Source of the DNA: Saccostrea cucullata
Taxonomy: Eukaryota
Assembly (NCBI RefSeq): GCF_032062105.1
Contig: NW_026933409.1
Span: forward strand, 434,001-498,000
Length of the DNA: 64,000 nt
Direction of reading: 5' to 3'
Shown: positions 12,746-26,000 of the stretch, piece after piece
How positions within the stretch are numbered: the first letter of the stretch is position 1
Layout of the letters: every line of letters starts with the position of its first letter
Notes under the pieces: model-generated
The model's input: only the letters and a program-made list of their open reading frames with translations
What the model was told of the DNA's origin: nothing
Database searches by the model: none
Made by a program: the position numbers and the translations under genes

Positions 12746-14167
12746 TAAAAAAAACATAAAAACAAAAATTGTATATCCGAAATATACAAATTATAGGAAG
12801 TTCATAAATGTCAGTAACAGACATTTCTGTCAAATACAATAAATTTACAACAATCGATATATGTAAGCTCTACATCAGACAATTTTCTGAAGGATACTTC
12901 TTGGAACTTAGTGTCAACAACTGAACTTGTAACGCTTTGTTCTTCTTAGAATGGCCAGCTGGGCGTGTAATATGAAATCTCAACTTCACATCGGTAAATC
13001 GGTCCTTTCTCTCATATCTCCTATTATATAATCTCAAAATTAATTGTTTAAAAACATTCATTTTTCATTTTCAAGTAATAATTTTTTGTTGACCCTTGAA
13101 CTTCAATTGATATGACATTGGATCTATTCGTCACCAAGACAATGAAAATTTGATCAAGTTCTCCTCGCAATAAGATCTCAAGGCATACTATGTATAGTTT
13201 ATTTCTTCATACAAATAAAAAAAAGTGCAATAGTTCACTTTTCTCCACTGCAAAATATGATTCTAGTAGAGTACCTTTTAGGGACAATGACATGCGTTTG
13301 GTTTAATGTTGCACATTTTCTGTGAATATCAATTATCTCCACGTAATCTGATTTCCAGACTACCTGCGTCAATAGACTCATGTTTATTATGCCCTTAAAC
13401 CTGAGAATAAGCAATAAGAAGCAATCTTATTTCAGGTGATAATGCAAATTATGCCTTTATTTGTTCAGCATAAAATTATTTGTGGCAACCTTGTATTATA
13501 ATTTTGTTTTCCTTCATATAAAGTATATCACAGAGAAGTAAACATTGATTTCAATAACTTTTATACCTTTAAAAATACTATGATAACCTTTCTTTAAAAT
13601 TAAATTTGGGGGTTTTAAATGCTTGAAAAATTTCCTGAAATGTAGTGTTACAATTTTATTGAGTCTGGAAACCTGAACTCAAGGCCTTTGTTCCCTAAGG
13701 TACTAGTTATTCTTGTGAAGCAACGTCAAAATAAAACAGAAAAAACCAGCAGAATGGTATACAATTATCATAGTTGGTAAAAACATATACATTTTGAGTA
13801 TCTACAGACAACTTACTTCGTTCAGTAAAACCAGGTCACAGTAAAATTGCTGAAAATCCCAGACAAATATTACATTTTTACTATCCCTTGCAATATTTTG
13901 AGGTTTTAACAAAAGTTGGTTATACAGTGTATAACAAAATGCTTTTTTGAGTCCTCTAGAAGTGAAAAAAATGAAAAATTCTCATTTTTTATGTATTGAA
14001 CTGACATAAATTTTGTTAGTATTTATATTCAATCTTTTGGACTCTAAGGTAGATTTGTATTCAATACTTTCCTTATAAAATTTGGTAGTTAAACTTGAAG
14101 GGAAAAATCTTTATTGCTATTTCGCTTTGTATACTCACAATTAACGAATTGCGTACATAGTAAGAAA

Positions 14168-14800
14168 GATATGGAGATAACGAACAGTATTCAATATAAA
14201 AGTCCATAAAACAATACAAAATAGGAGCAGAGCAAACACGGACCTCCGAAACATCAGAGGTGGGATCAGGTGCCATGGAAGAACCGCCGTGTGCTCCTTG
14301 TCATGATCGGATATAACGGAAAAAATAAAACACAAATCCTCGGAAATTCAAGAAATCGTGTGAGTTGCGTAGCAGGAGGAGGAGTAAGAGTTCCCATCGC
14401 CTGGTCACCTAACAATTGATTAGGTAGAGGGAATATTCCGAAATCAGTTTTTTCGAAAAACGAAGGTTTTACTATTGGTTAGATACACGTCAGCGAAATA
14501 ACACCTAATGACAGTTACAATATGCGATTATATTTGCTAATAAGATCTTTATATCGACCTCTGAATCTAAGAAACACTGAACAAAGAGGTTGTTAAAATC
14601 CCTGTGAAATCAATTTCTCTGACAGTAGTATGCCTTGGTATAAAAAGGATCATACTCAGAGCATGCTCTTGAATATCGAATAAGTTAGAAGACTTAAATC
14701 ACAAACACATGTGATATATATATAAATGAAAAGTTGACGTTTAAGATGGAATCTTCTCATTTGTCAAACAATTAAGTTGTTAATTGATAACATTCCCGAA
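14168..14800 (-). mobile_element. Penelope-like 3' end and decayed RT-end fragment
   Basis: Near-consensus 3' motif at 14168-14320. AGAGCATGCTCTTGAATATCGAAT near 14660. Confidence 0.7.
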
Positions 14801-16992
14801 TAAAAGGAGTAGAACCACCACTTTATCCCATGAAAGATAGTCGAAATAAACCAAATAGATAAAGCACATATTACGCCGTCTACACGTACATATAAGAAGA
14901 TAATGCAAGCCACAGAGAAAAATATTTTACATGAAACCAGCTGAAATTTATCTCCTTTTTTTTTTTTTATTTTATTAAAAACTATTTTTGCAAACCCAAT
15001 TGCAAATTGAATCTGTATTATAGATTGAAAATATAACAACAGGTTTCTTGTTGTGTCTTCCCAAAGGCTTTAATTTCTACATATATCGACGCTGTGACGA
15101 AGTTTATGGTTGACATTGGTTTATTTTAATAGGACATGCGCCAGTATCTAGAATTTACAAGATCTAACTAATTAAGGTGACCTTTATATTTTTGTTATCC
15201 TGTCTTGACACCATGAAGGATTAGGTTGTGTCTTTGAAGTAAAGCTATAAATAGGAGATTAATTGTCAATAACTGTGGAGAAATTCTCTTTTTATTATGA
15301 TAGAATTTCGATCAGAACGTGCTGGTGAACTCTCGTTTTGAACATTTTATAGTAAAAAAAAAAAAACAATGAACACCACTGGTCAATTTTTATTCGGACA
15401 AAATGGTACGCAGTAGACATAAACAAATATATTTTAAATAAAGAAAAAAAAAAAAAAATCAGAGAAAAAAATTGGTTCGTTTAAGTTAATGTCAAATGAC
15501 AAGATTTTTATAATTCTCGTAGTTTAAATTTAAAGACAGTTTAAATGAGCAAGTGATTTTCGCTTCTCCTTTTCAAAGGGTTGTGTGTTTAAAGCAAAGC
15601 TTTAAAAGCCATTGTTATTAACAACAATTGTCCACTTCTTTTAGAATGATGTCAATTTTTTCCGGATTATATCTAGACCTTTTACTCACTTGTACTATTA
15701 ATACAGCTGATGTAATGTTATACCACATGAGAACATTTCTGAAACGAAGGATCCAAAATATATCATAGCTTTATTTACGTTAATTTCTGTTTACCATTGT
15801 GATTCAAGTACGGTACTCGATGTCCGATCTGACAACGATTTCCCCGTCACTATGTTTGTCGGTAATAGCCTTTTAGCTAATTTGCCATCAGTGCTGTCCC
15901 ATTCTATTAAAATGCCCTAAACCTAAATCAATAACTGTTTTTCATCTTTTGCTTTACATAATAACTAAAAAAATACAAGACCATATGCTCAAAATCACTT
16001 TTGCAGAAATAGCCCATTAAAAGAGAAAAAAATACTTGCGTTTAGTTTTCATTTGGCTTTGGTATTGATGAGGTAAACACTCTTTGTCGCAGGGCGTGCA
16101 GTTTCCTTTTCGTATTAATATGGTTGATTTCTCCATCAATTCATGGCGTCATATTAGCGCTCATATTTTGCCCTTTATATCTTTAATGGTTTCATTTATC
16201 TACTAGTATTATGATGATTATTGGTACTGATCATACTAAACATTACAAGAAACATTTTGATCATGGTAATTTCTTCTCTGTGTTGCAAAAACCCTTCTTC
16301 CACAGGAAATTTAAACTTAATTGTAACAATTAAAAAAATCCATAAACGTTTCTTAAGGACTTTATACTTGACAGTAATAATTAAAGAAAATCATTAATCT
16401 TTTTGGTAATTTGAAAATAATTCGAATTCAAACAGTATTGGAGGTTCATACAAGAACAGACTGTCTAAAATTTTTAACCTTGTCCTAGATACGTGTCATA
16501 GAGACCTGATTGTAGTCGAATTGGCCCAGGCCCGTTGTGATGCTGTAACTCGATCTTTATGTATGAACTGTGTAAGAAGTAGAGTAGTTCCTTAATCACT
16601 GATGATATTTTCATCCGTAGCTTTTCTTCTACAAAGGTTGAAATTTGAAAATCGAACATAAAACACCTGGGCAAAATACATAAAGTACTTGTGATAGAAA
16701 AATTCTTTAAAATAAGTTCACATGTATTGACATTTGTAAAAGCCAAAAAATCATAATCTATTATTGTTTAAAGGAAAATTGTCAATCAAGTTTAATCTTA
16801 CAAATAACGGTAACCCCTCAACCTCCTCGCCCTCAAATCTGGGTTAAAGATGTAAGAAGTTGTTAATGAGTCACTTTTTTTAATACTTTAAGATATATCA
16901 GACAAGGTATTGTATTTGTTTGAAACCATCCAAGTTCTAGCTAAATAGAATGGAATGATCCCATCGCTTTTAATGGATATGTATAAAGCACC

Positions 16993-17264
16993 TTGTTCCT
17001 TTCATCTGATAGATAGAACATGTATAATAATATAAATATTGCAAGAAATGTTGATACCTCTTTCTTTTCTTACAATCGTTAAATCCTTTTCCGTTTTCGG
17101 AGAATGTAATTTTCGTTTAAGTGGTCAAATTTTTATCAAAATTAAGTATTTTGTTCCTTTCATCTGATAGATAGAACATGTATAATAATATAAATATTGC
17201 AAGAAATGTTGATACCTCTTTCTTTTCTTACAATCGTTAAATCCTTTTCCGTTTTCGGAGAATG
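16993..17264 (+). repeat. 114-bp direct duplication (16993-17106 and 17151-17264)
   Basis: Two apparently identical copies TTGTTCCTTTCATCTG...TTCGGAGAATG separated by 44 nt. Confidence 0.9.
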
Positions 17265-17674
17265 ACAAATTAAGTTTTGATTCGGTTTAACATACATATG
17301 TAAAAGAAGCAATATTTTCCCTGCAGAATTTAATAATTTGATTTAGTACATTTTATTAGATATATACAGTGTAATTTTAGATGATGATATTTATATCTAT
17401 CAATTTTATTCGTTAAAAACGTATAGGATAATGTGCAATTTCAGTAGATGTAGTACACTGCACACAGGCATTGTTGTACAGTAACAGCATTTCTTTGGTG
17501 GATTACGTCTCGTTGAATTTTAACAAGCAAATTCAAAGAATTGTGGTCCCCCGCTTTTGGTGTCTTTGTGGGTGAGATGTTATTTTTTATGACATATTGT
17601 GTGTAATATGAACATCCTGTCATATGTCATTTATTTAGAAAGTAACATTGAAGTTGATTTTTTTTTGAAGGATG

Positions 17675-18835
17675 AAAAACCCTAATCCTGACCGTTAAAA
17701 AGTTATGGCCAAAGTAAAAAGTTTTTTAAAAGTAGGTCCAAGGTCAAGATCAAAGGGTCAAATTTTTTGATATCCAATGAAAGATTTTCTCACAAGGATT
17801 ACATATGTGAAGTATGAAAGCCCTAGCCCTTACTGTTCAAAAGTTATGGCCAAGGTTAAAGTTTTTTCATAAGTACGTAAATCTTTAAGGTCAAGGTCAA
17901 AATTGTTGATATCCAATGAAAGGACTTGCCACATAGAATACATATGTGAAATATAAAAGTCCTAGTATCTTCCGTTCAAAAGTTGTGACCAAAGTTAAAG
18001 TTTTTTTAAAAAAGTAGTTAAAACTCCAATGTCAAGGTCAAAGGGTAAAAGTTGTTGGTATCCAATGAAAGGTCTTCTCAAAAGGATTACATCTTTGAAG
18101 TACGAAAGCTCTAGCCCTCACCGTTCAAAAGTTATGGTCAAGGTTAAAGTTTTTTCATAAGTACGTAAATCTCCAAGTCAAGGCCAAAAGGTCAAGGTTG
18201 TTGGTATCCAATGAAATGTCTTGCCACAAGAAATACATATGTGAAATATAAAAGTCCTAGTTTCCACTGTTAAAAAGTTGTGACCAAGGTTAAAGTTTTT
18301 TAAAAGTAGTTAAAACTCTAGGGTGAAGGTCAAAGGGTAAAAGTTATTGGTATCCAATGAAAGGTCTTCTCACAAGGATTACATAAGTGAAGTACGAAAG
18401 CATTAGTCCTCCCCGTTCAAAAATTATGGTCAAGGTTAAAGTTTTTTTTATAAGTATGTAAATCTCTAAGGTCAAGGTCAAAAGGTCAAGATTGTTGTTA
18501 TCCACTGAAAGGTTTTGCCACAAACAATACATATGTGAAATATAAAAGTCCTAGTACCTATTATTCAAAAGTTATGGCCAAAGTAAAAGTTTGGAATTTT
18601 GGGTCAAACTCCAAGGTCAAGGTCAAAAGGTCAAATTTGGTGGTACCCAAAGAAAGGTCTTGTCACAAGGAATACACATGTGAAATATGAAAGTCATAGC
18701 TCCACTAAATCAAAAATTATGGGCAAGGTTAAAGTTTTTGTGACGGACAGACTGACAGACTGACAGACGGACAGACTGACGGACAGACGAATGAGATTTA
18801 ATGTCCCCTCGCTTTCGCGAAAGCGGGGGACAAAA
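17675..18835. mobile_element. Helentron-associated non-autonomous element (HINE; CvA/pearl-like) carrying a satellite array of about 146-bp units
   Basis: About 7 units with AAGGTCAAGGTCA motifs, followed by a (GACA/GACG/GACT)n microsatellite at 18742-18789 and a terminal hairpin TGTCCCCTCGCTTTCGCGAAAGCGGGGGACA at 18802-18832, then an A run. Confidence 0.88.
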
Positions 18836-19382
18836 ATACAGAATACATGTATATTGCTATCAGTGCTTTCAGTTCTTTGATTTTGTTGCCTCAAAGGCAT
18901 CCTCTATTTCAGCTATATTTTTTGTTTTTAAACAGAATTTGAATAGATGAATAAGTTTGCACTTATCCAAACTTACCGGTTAATATTCTAAAATTACACT
19001 AACACATATACTCACATAATAATATTATAACGTTTCCTTGAAACTACTTGGAAATCCTCATGCTTAAAATCAGCTGTACATTAAGTAAACATATTGAAGC
19101 TGCGTTTATGTAATTCCTCTTAGCATTCTACTGGTATTTACCGGCTTACTAAAAACCTGGTTTGAAAAATTTGTCCGGAATAAAGTTGCTCAGACACATT
19201 GTTCAAACATTATTTTACAAATGTGACAAGATCTTGCAACTGATTTGAATCAAAATAATGATTCGTTTTAACAAATTGTCTTTGGCTTCCGATTTTCTAA
19301 AAAAAAAGTTTGGTATATACATAATGATTGCATTCCAAATCTTTAATATAAAATCCTTTCAAACAAAGTTACATTGCCGGGT

Positions 19383-19472
19383 CACAGGAACTTGATAATA
19401 ATTTAACCCTTAATATAATAATTACAATTTATACTATGGGTTAAATAAATTATGACAGAATCAAGAGTCAGG
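19383..19472. mobile_element. decayed short MITE related to 51027-51120
   Basis: Shares the CACAGGAACTTG terminus and internal TATACTATGGGT with the 51027-51120 element. Confidence 0.45.
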
Positions 19473-20137
19473 TCCCGCAAATGTGTTACAAAGCCTTTAT
19501 CTTAACTCCTGACAAAGTATTATTTAATATAAAGGAGAAACTTCAGAGATACTGTGATACATTATATCCAGAAGTGAGGTTTATAATACTAGGTAGATTC
19601 TCAAAAACTCGAAGAAGCCTTCAGAAAATTTAAATTTACCTACATTATCTTAAGTCCTTATGATCAACATGAGAACGTACGATTTTTCTACACTTTCCAC
19701 AATCTTTCCTCGATAAGTGAAAAACTAGGCTTTTTTGACAGACAACTGCTTCTTTACTAAGAATGGAACTCTTGAAATTATTCATCTACAAAATTACCTT
19801 TTAAAATTCTCTGATTCTTCAGAAAAGTACTATGAAATTAATGATGAATGGGAAGTTGGAGACACCACTTTATCTGCCAATTTGTTTTTCTTATTCCGAT
19901 ATAGCAGGATGTATTCTAAAACTTCTACAATAAAGTACTGAAAGCACTCATGGGAGTTGAACATGGTGTAAAATAAAATCTTTGATCGGGGGGTTAAGTG
20001 AGTGAACAATATTATTATTTCAAATACAGACAACTGTTTCAGATTTTTTGAGTTGCAACAATTTTGAGAAAGACATTCAGAGACACTGAATAGCAAAAAA
20101 TGCATGGGCCATAATTCTTGCCTGCCCACAGTGGTCC

Positions 20138-20300
20138 ATTTTATGCCCCCTGTTTGAAAAGTGGGAGGGTATTTATTAATCGATATTTCCGTCCATCTGT
20201 TTGTTACGCTTTAGGTACATTCATCTCTTATCCGCAACTCCTCTTACACCCTGAACGAAATTTTCATAGAATCTTTATTAGATATTGCCTTTGTGCATCT
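20138..20300. mobile_element. HINE/Helentron-like terminal fragment, opposite orientation to 17675-18835
   Basis: TTTTATGCCCCC..GGGAGGG hairpin remnant, TCCGTCCATCTG microsatellite remnant, CCGCAACTCCTC. Confidence 0.5.
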
Positions 20301-21239
20301 TTTATTACTTTTTCATTCTACATATATTTTGGGTTTCCCATTGCAAAACATGGACACTGCCATTATATTCATATTATATTCATATTATGTATATGTGAGA
20401 GTTTGTGTGCGTAGAAATTATCTGGTATGTAAATGAGGTTTTCCTTTTATTAATAAAAATTATACTTCATTTTGTTGTTTTTAATCGCGATTTTACGAAA
20501 ACATCGGTGTCCGTTTTTGGTTTTAACATTTATAACAGAGTACTAAATTTACCGCTTTTGGTAGGTGATACTGCTGATTTAGTAATAAATACGCATGTTT
20601 CCTAAAGTTTTTATGCATTAATGAATTCATTTAAAGCAAGAAAATTTTCATGAAAAGTTTGAATAAATTTTGTGCACCGGTAAAAAAGAAATTGCTAAAA
20701 ATCAGGGACCGTCGGGCGTCGGAAAGACTAGTTTTACCGCTTGCCGTTAGTCTGTAGAGTTGTCGTTGGTATCTGTTTCAGTGTATGACGCTATACTAAA
20801 AATGAGTTCCATTACGAAAAACTTTTGAGGTTCTTTATAATTTAGTTTTACTTTGAACGAAATCTAAGATTCAAAGTAAGATGACTTTATCATTACATTT
20901 ACTTACATTTCAAATTATGAAAATTAGATAAATTCAGGAGGAAATGACATGAACTATTTGTGGCGGATGTTTATGCATGTTTTCTGTTGAATATCATCGG
21001 AGTAAATCGATCGACACAGTAGCCTCGCTTTCGGCTCTATATAATCAACAAAAATTACTGCGCACGTTAAATGCGTGATGACCATGGGAGATTGAACATA
21101 GTTCAACTCCCAAAAATAAACAATTGGTTATTTCCATTCATATACCGATCAATCCATCCTGATGACTTAAAATAAAAGACAGCTCAGAGTCTCCAAATCT
21201 GTTTCATTCTATGTAGTTTTACTGACTACAGTTGATAAA

Positions 21240-21590
21240 GGCCAACAAACAACTTAATTTATGGCTAGCAAGATGACATCACCTTTCATAATATAGAAAA
21301 CTCTGTACAAGACACATTTACATATTATTTCCAAAACACCTATCCAAATGCAAATCATATTCTATCCTACGAGTTTACATCTTTGATTCAATAAGCAAAA
21401 GCATGCTCTATGTATGCTCGATTTCTAAAACGGGGTAAGTTATTGATAAGTTATTGATAAACATGTTGATGAAACAAGAATATCAGCAGTCTCGTTTAAA
21501 ATAATTTGATTGAAACGTACTAAGAAGTACATATCGATAATACTATACAATTAGTTCTATGGTCAATACATTGACCTTGTCAGCAATAAT
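21240..21590 (+). mobile_element. decayed Penelope-like RT C-terminal fragment
   Basis: TTGATTCAATAAGCAAAAGCATGCTC...GTTGATGAAACAAGAATATCAGCAGTCTCGTTTAAA...GACCTTGTCAGCAA is the reverse complement of 7245-7380-like sequence. Confidence 0.7.
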
Positions 21591-23049
21591 TGTTTTATTA
21601 TATGATTCACTAATAAAATGATAAAACCCATTACTTGTTTGCATTTGATTAAGTCCAAATACAATGCAGAATTAAAATGTTAATAAACCTTACAGGTCGT
21701 ATTTATTTTTTTGTTAAGTTTTTTTTTCAATTTTAGTTGCCATGAAAAAAAATTATACTTTTTTTTGTTTTAAAGGAAGGAGTATTATCAGGGAAAACTG
21801 ACTGCCAAAAAGTAAAAATTGTTTTTCAGTAAAAGTGTTACACACTCACCCTCACCCGAAAATATATATCACATGAAAAAAAGTTATAGTAGTTTAAATA
21901 GCTTTCCAAATTCAATTTGTATCAAGAATATGGCTATTTTTAGATCAATGTCAAGGAAATAAATCCTTGTATTGACCTGGAACGTCACGTGCAGGAAGTA
22001 CATCAGCCAATCAGAGAGATGAAAACTATTCAATCATATAATAAAATAATTTATCTTTTTAATCCTACTTTAAATGATTAGTTATACAGATATAAATATA
22101 AACAATAAAACATAATATTATTTATTTGGTTGTTAGTATGGGAAATGAATGTCGCAGCTATTGCAGAAAAAAATTATATAACCCACCGCTTACGCGGGTT
22201 ATTTATTTTTTTCAGCAACAGCTGCGACATATATTTCCGTACTAACAAAGAAAGCATTTTAATGTTTAAATGATAGACTATCAGATGCGCAGCAAATGTA
22301 TGAGGAAACGGATAATCTGTAAAAATTATCAAAAAATAGTTAGTAACGTCCAGGAAAAAAAACATAGGATCTTGACAGTTGCTGATCTGCTAAAGTCCAG
22401 TTAGGAGGAAAAAATGCAAATATTGACAACGATAACATACTTCTGCCTTAACAAATTATACATCAGGTGGTAAAGAAACATTTTAATGAGTACTTGAGTA
22501 CATACAAAAAGTCAGTAAAGAAGAGCGGAGACCACAGCATTACTGAAAACAGTTTTAAGAGGCTTGATTAGATATCATTAGTGATACTATAAGGACATCC
22601 AGTCGAGCCAGATTTCAATCTATGCCCTACAGCTTGGCGCTCTCCCAGAGTTTTTAACAGCGATAACAGATTTCACATGTATCACGTGCCACGAGATATC
22701 TTCACATCAAAATGAAAATATTTCCGGGTTTATTATTTACTAAAAGGTGGATATTTTACATAAGTTAGATTTCCTTGTTTTTCTTCTTAATGATAGGACT
22801 TTCTCTAGGAATATGATTGTGATTATTTATTGATTCATTAATTGTCAAAGGAATTACACATACATTGTGAGAAACGAAACAACGCTATAGTAAGTGGTCT
22901 ACTTTTCTAATTGAGACATTTACTTCAGCTAAGTTTTTCTAAAGTGACGCTGAAGAATGATTCTCCTTTCCTGAAGTATCTACTTATGTGCTAATTGTGG
23001 AATATACATTGTGACGTCTCTGTTTTCAGGTTGAGGCTAACGGACAGAC

Positions 23050-26000
23050 ATGTTGACAGTCTACCACCTTCTGCGGGCCTGTCTCTGGACGATTCCGGTG
23101 TTTACCTTCTTGTGGTCTGTGCCTGCTTTCTTCATCACGTAAGTTATTAACCGTTGACTCAGTCCATCGTCCGTATTCCAAGCACGTTACTGAAAATCTG
23201 GAGACAAGTGCACAAATGGCATGATTTCATTGATTGTAGTACATAATAACGAAGGTTAAATCTTTGGTAGGAACTTCATGTTAAATCCCTATTCTCGTCT
23301 GCTGGTGTGTATTATTTCCTACATAATAAAGTAAATAAAAATTGAAATGATTAAACATTTGAGCGTTGATAAAGGAAAAATTTCCAATCGCAAATGTTTG
23401 CTAATTGATTATGTTTACTGGGAAGTATTTCTTCGGCTTGTGAAGAGTTATATATTATTCAAAATTTTAACTTAAAGAAAATATATCGAAATATCTGTAT
23501 TAATTTTATTTCAAATTTTTAGAACGATTATTCATTTTTTCTTATATAAATTCTTTACAGATTTCAAACTATTTGTTTGTGTTTTTCATTATTGTTTATG
23601 ATAGAGTAAATTTGCAATTCTCTGTATTGATAATCCATCTTGAAGATTGCACTCAGATTCATTTAATACGGAATTAAGGCTTGATTATATTAAATACAAA
23701 TATTAAATTCATCTATCTTTATATCACTCATAATATTACCTACAAGAATAATTTTGATTAATTATACATAGTTAGGGCTTGATAGGTTCTTTAAAATATT
23801 ATAATTTGTTAATATCTTAAAGCATATTTCTCTGATGTTCTGTTCTTACCAGAGGTACATTGTGAGGTAAAATGTGCCTAGTTTCCAGTATTCTCGGATT
23901 ATTTTTGTATTAAGGTTGATCTCTTTATAACAGGGTTTATTTATTCTTGTTGTGACTGTGCAAGGTAAAAAAAAATAAAATTCACCCCACTCTGTAATAA
24001 AATGATAAACATAAAACTGCTGTATGAATTATTTGGACACATTCACTCCACTAGAGACGTAACAAGTGAAAGTAACTTCGTACAGTTATTTCTTGTGCAA
24101 TGTTTCTATAGTCTGTATGTCTGCACTCAGACAAACATTCAAAAACGTGGTAATCAAAATTATACTAGTTCCGAGGAACATGATCTGTCAGAAAAAAAAA
24201 ATTCATTAATTTCAGAAGTGAAGATAAAGAGTAAATTAAAGCTTGAAAATTAAAATTGACGACATTAAAGGTAAACAATTTAGAATAATAATACAGATAT
24301 TCTGTATTTTCATTGATAAAACTTAACTTTAAGGTCGAAATTTAACCTGGAGTTTAAGACTGCTTTATGATCCTGTGGCTAGACTTGAGTTTCTTTCTGA
24401 TAGCTGGTGTCGTCTGCTGCCTGTCTATGTCGTCTGCTCTTGGCATGAGTCGCCTGCTGCTGGTGCCGTTGTCTGCAGATGTCGTCTTGCATTTGTGAAT
24501 GTTCCTCATAATCAGGAAATTAGCGACTCCTCTTTTGCTTGGAGTTCAAGAACTTTTTCTATTAAGGCACAACAGGTACTTTATCCCTTATAAACCATTT
24601 TCCCTAGCAGCGAGGCACAGACTCAGTGGCAGTTATCCATCTAAAATATCCGGATTTGGCACAAGATGAAATGGACTTGCTATTACAGAGTTTAATCATG
24701 GCATTTTCTTTGTTACGTTAATCTCACAAACATGATTTTTCTGATAAAGTAATTTGTCTTCGAAGACACAATAAGAGAAAGCTGAGGTTTGAGTATTATG
24801 GTTAATAAAAAATAAATGTAATGTAAGATTTAGTGGCAAGAGAGAAAAAAGTAGTTCTTTTTGAATAGGAGACAATGTATCGCTGGCCATGATCAATAAT
24901 CAACGTGGGGGAAATTATTAATTTACAATAATGATTATACCCAACATATCCACGAGGCTTAAACTAAAGAACAAAGGTCATTCAAGACTAGAATAGAGAA
25001 AACTAATTCCATTTTTTCTTTATGAAAAACATAAAGATAATAAGCTAGGTTTAGAATCCTTTTCGGTCACCTCCCTCTGGGATGTCATTTAGAATCCTTT
25101 TCGGTCACCTCCCTCTGGGATGTCATTTAGAATCCTTTTCGGTCACCTCCCTCTGGGATGTCATTTAGAATCCTTTTCGGTCACCTCCCTCTGGGATGTC
25201 ATTTAGAATCTGCATGTTTCAAACACAATTCAGATTTACCTCCTATGATTAATGTCAAGAATATGTTTTATTTTCTAAATGACTTTTCGAACATTTTATT
25301 TTTTTTTTCAAATACTTTAGAAATCACTGACACTAAAAAATACAGATGCCACATTACATGCGCTTGTATTATTTATACTGTATTACAAAAAAAGTTTCAA
25401 GAAGGCAATTTTGCTACATGTGTTCATCAAGTACTATTTTTATTTAATATTTGAGAAAAGCCTCCATATGCGAATCCTTTGGAAACAAAATGTGTTTAAT
25501 ATAAAATATGAAATATGCATCAATTACATCATCAATTCCATCAGTTAGGTCTTAATTACTGTGTTGAACTAATCTTTTTATTGGGCATCAACTGGATTGT
25601 CCGCAAGCTGTATTTGTTGAAGACGAATTCATAGACGACAGGATTATTTCTACATTATATACAATTCAACATAAGAAATGATAAAGATGACTAAGTACAG
25701 TCTCTTCAATTATATCTGCCTTTTAAACCACAAACAATTCTAAATTTATCATGTTATGCTCAGTTTTAGAATAATACACCTATGTTTTCAGTAACATTGT
25801 TTTCCTTCAAGGCCTTGACACTCAGTACAAAAATTGTTACAAATCTGAAAACATATAATTTCTTCTATAAAAAGCATTTCTGAAACAGATGTTGATGTGA
25901 AGAAAGCAGCGATATTAACAATCGTTTTTATGCTCTGCACGTTAATGTGTGCTGGGGACACTGCGTTCTCGGCTTCTTTATCATGTCTGACAAAAACAGA

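Noticed and set aside
25050-25210. CRISPR-like 38-bp repeats
   Set aside because: No spacers, no cas genes, and it lies in a eukaryotic intron; it is a simple minisatellite.
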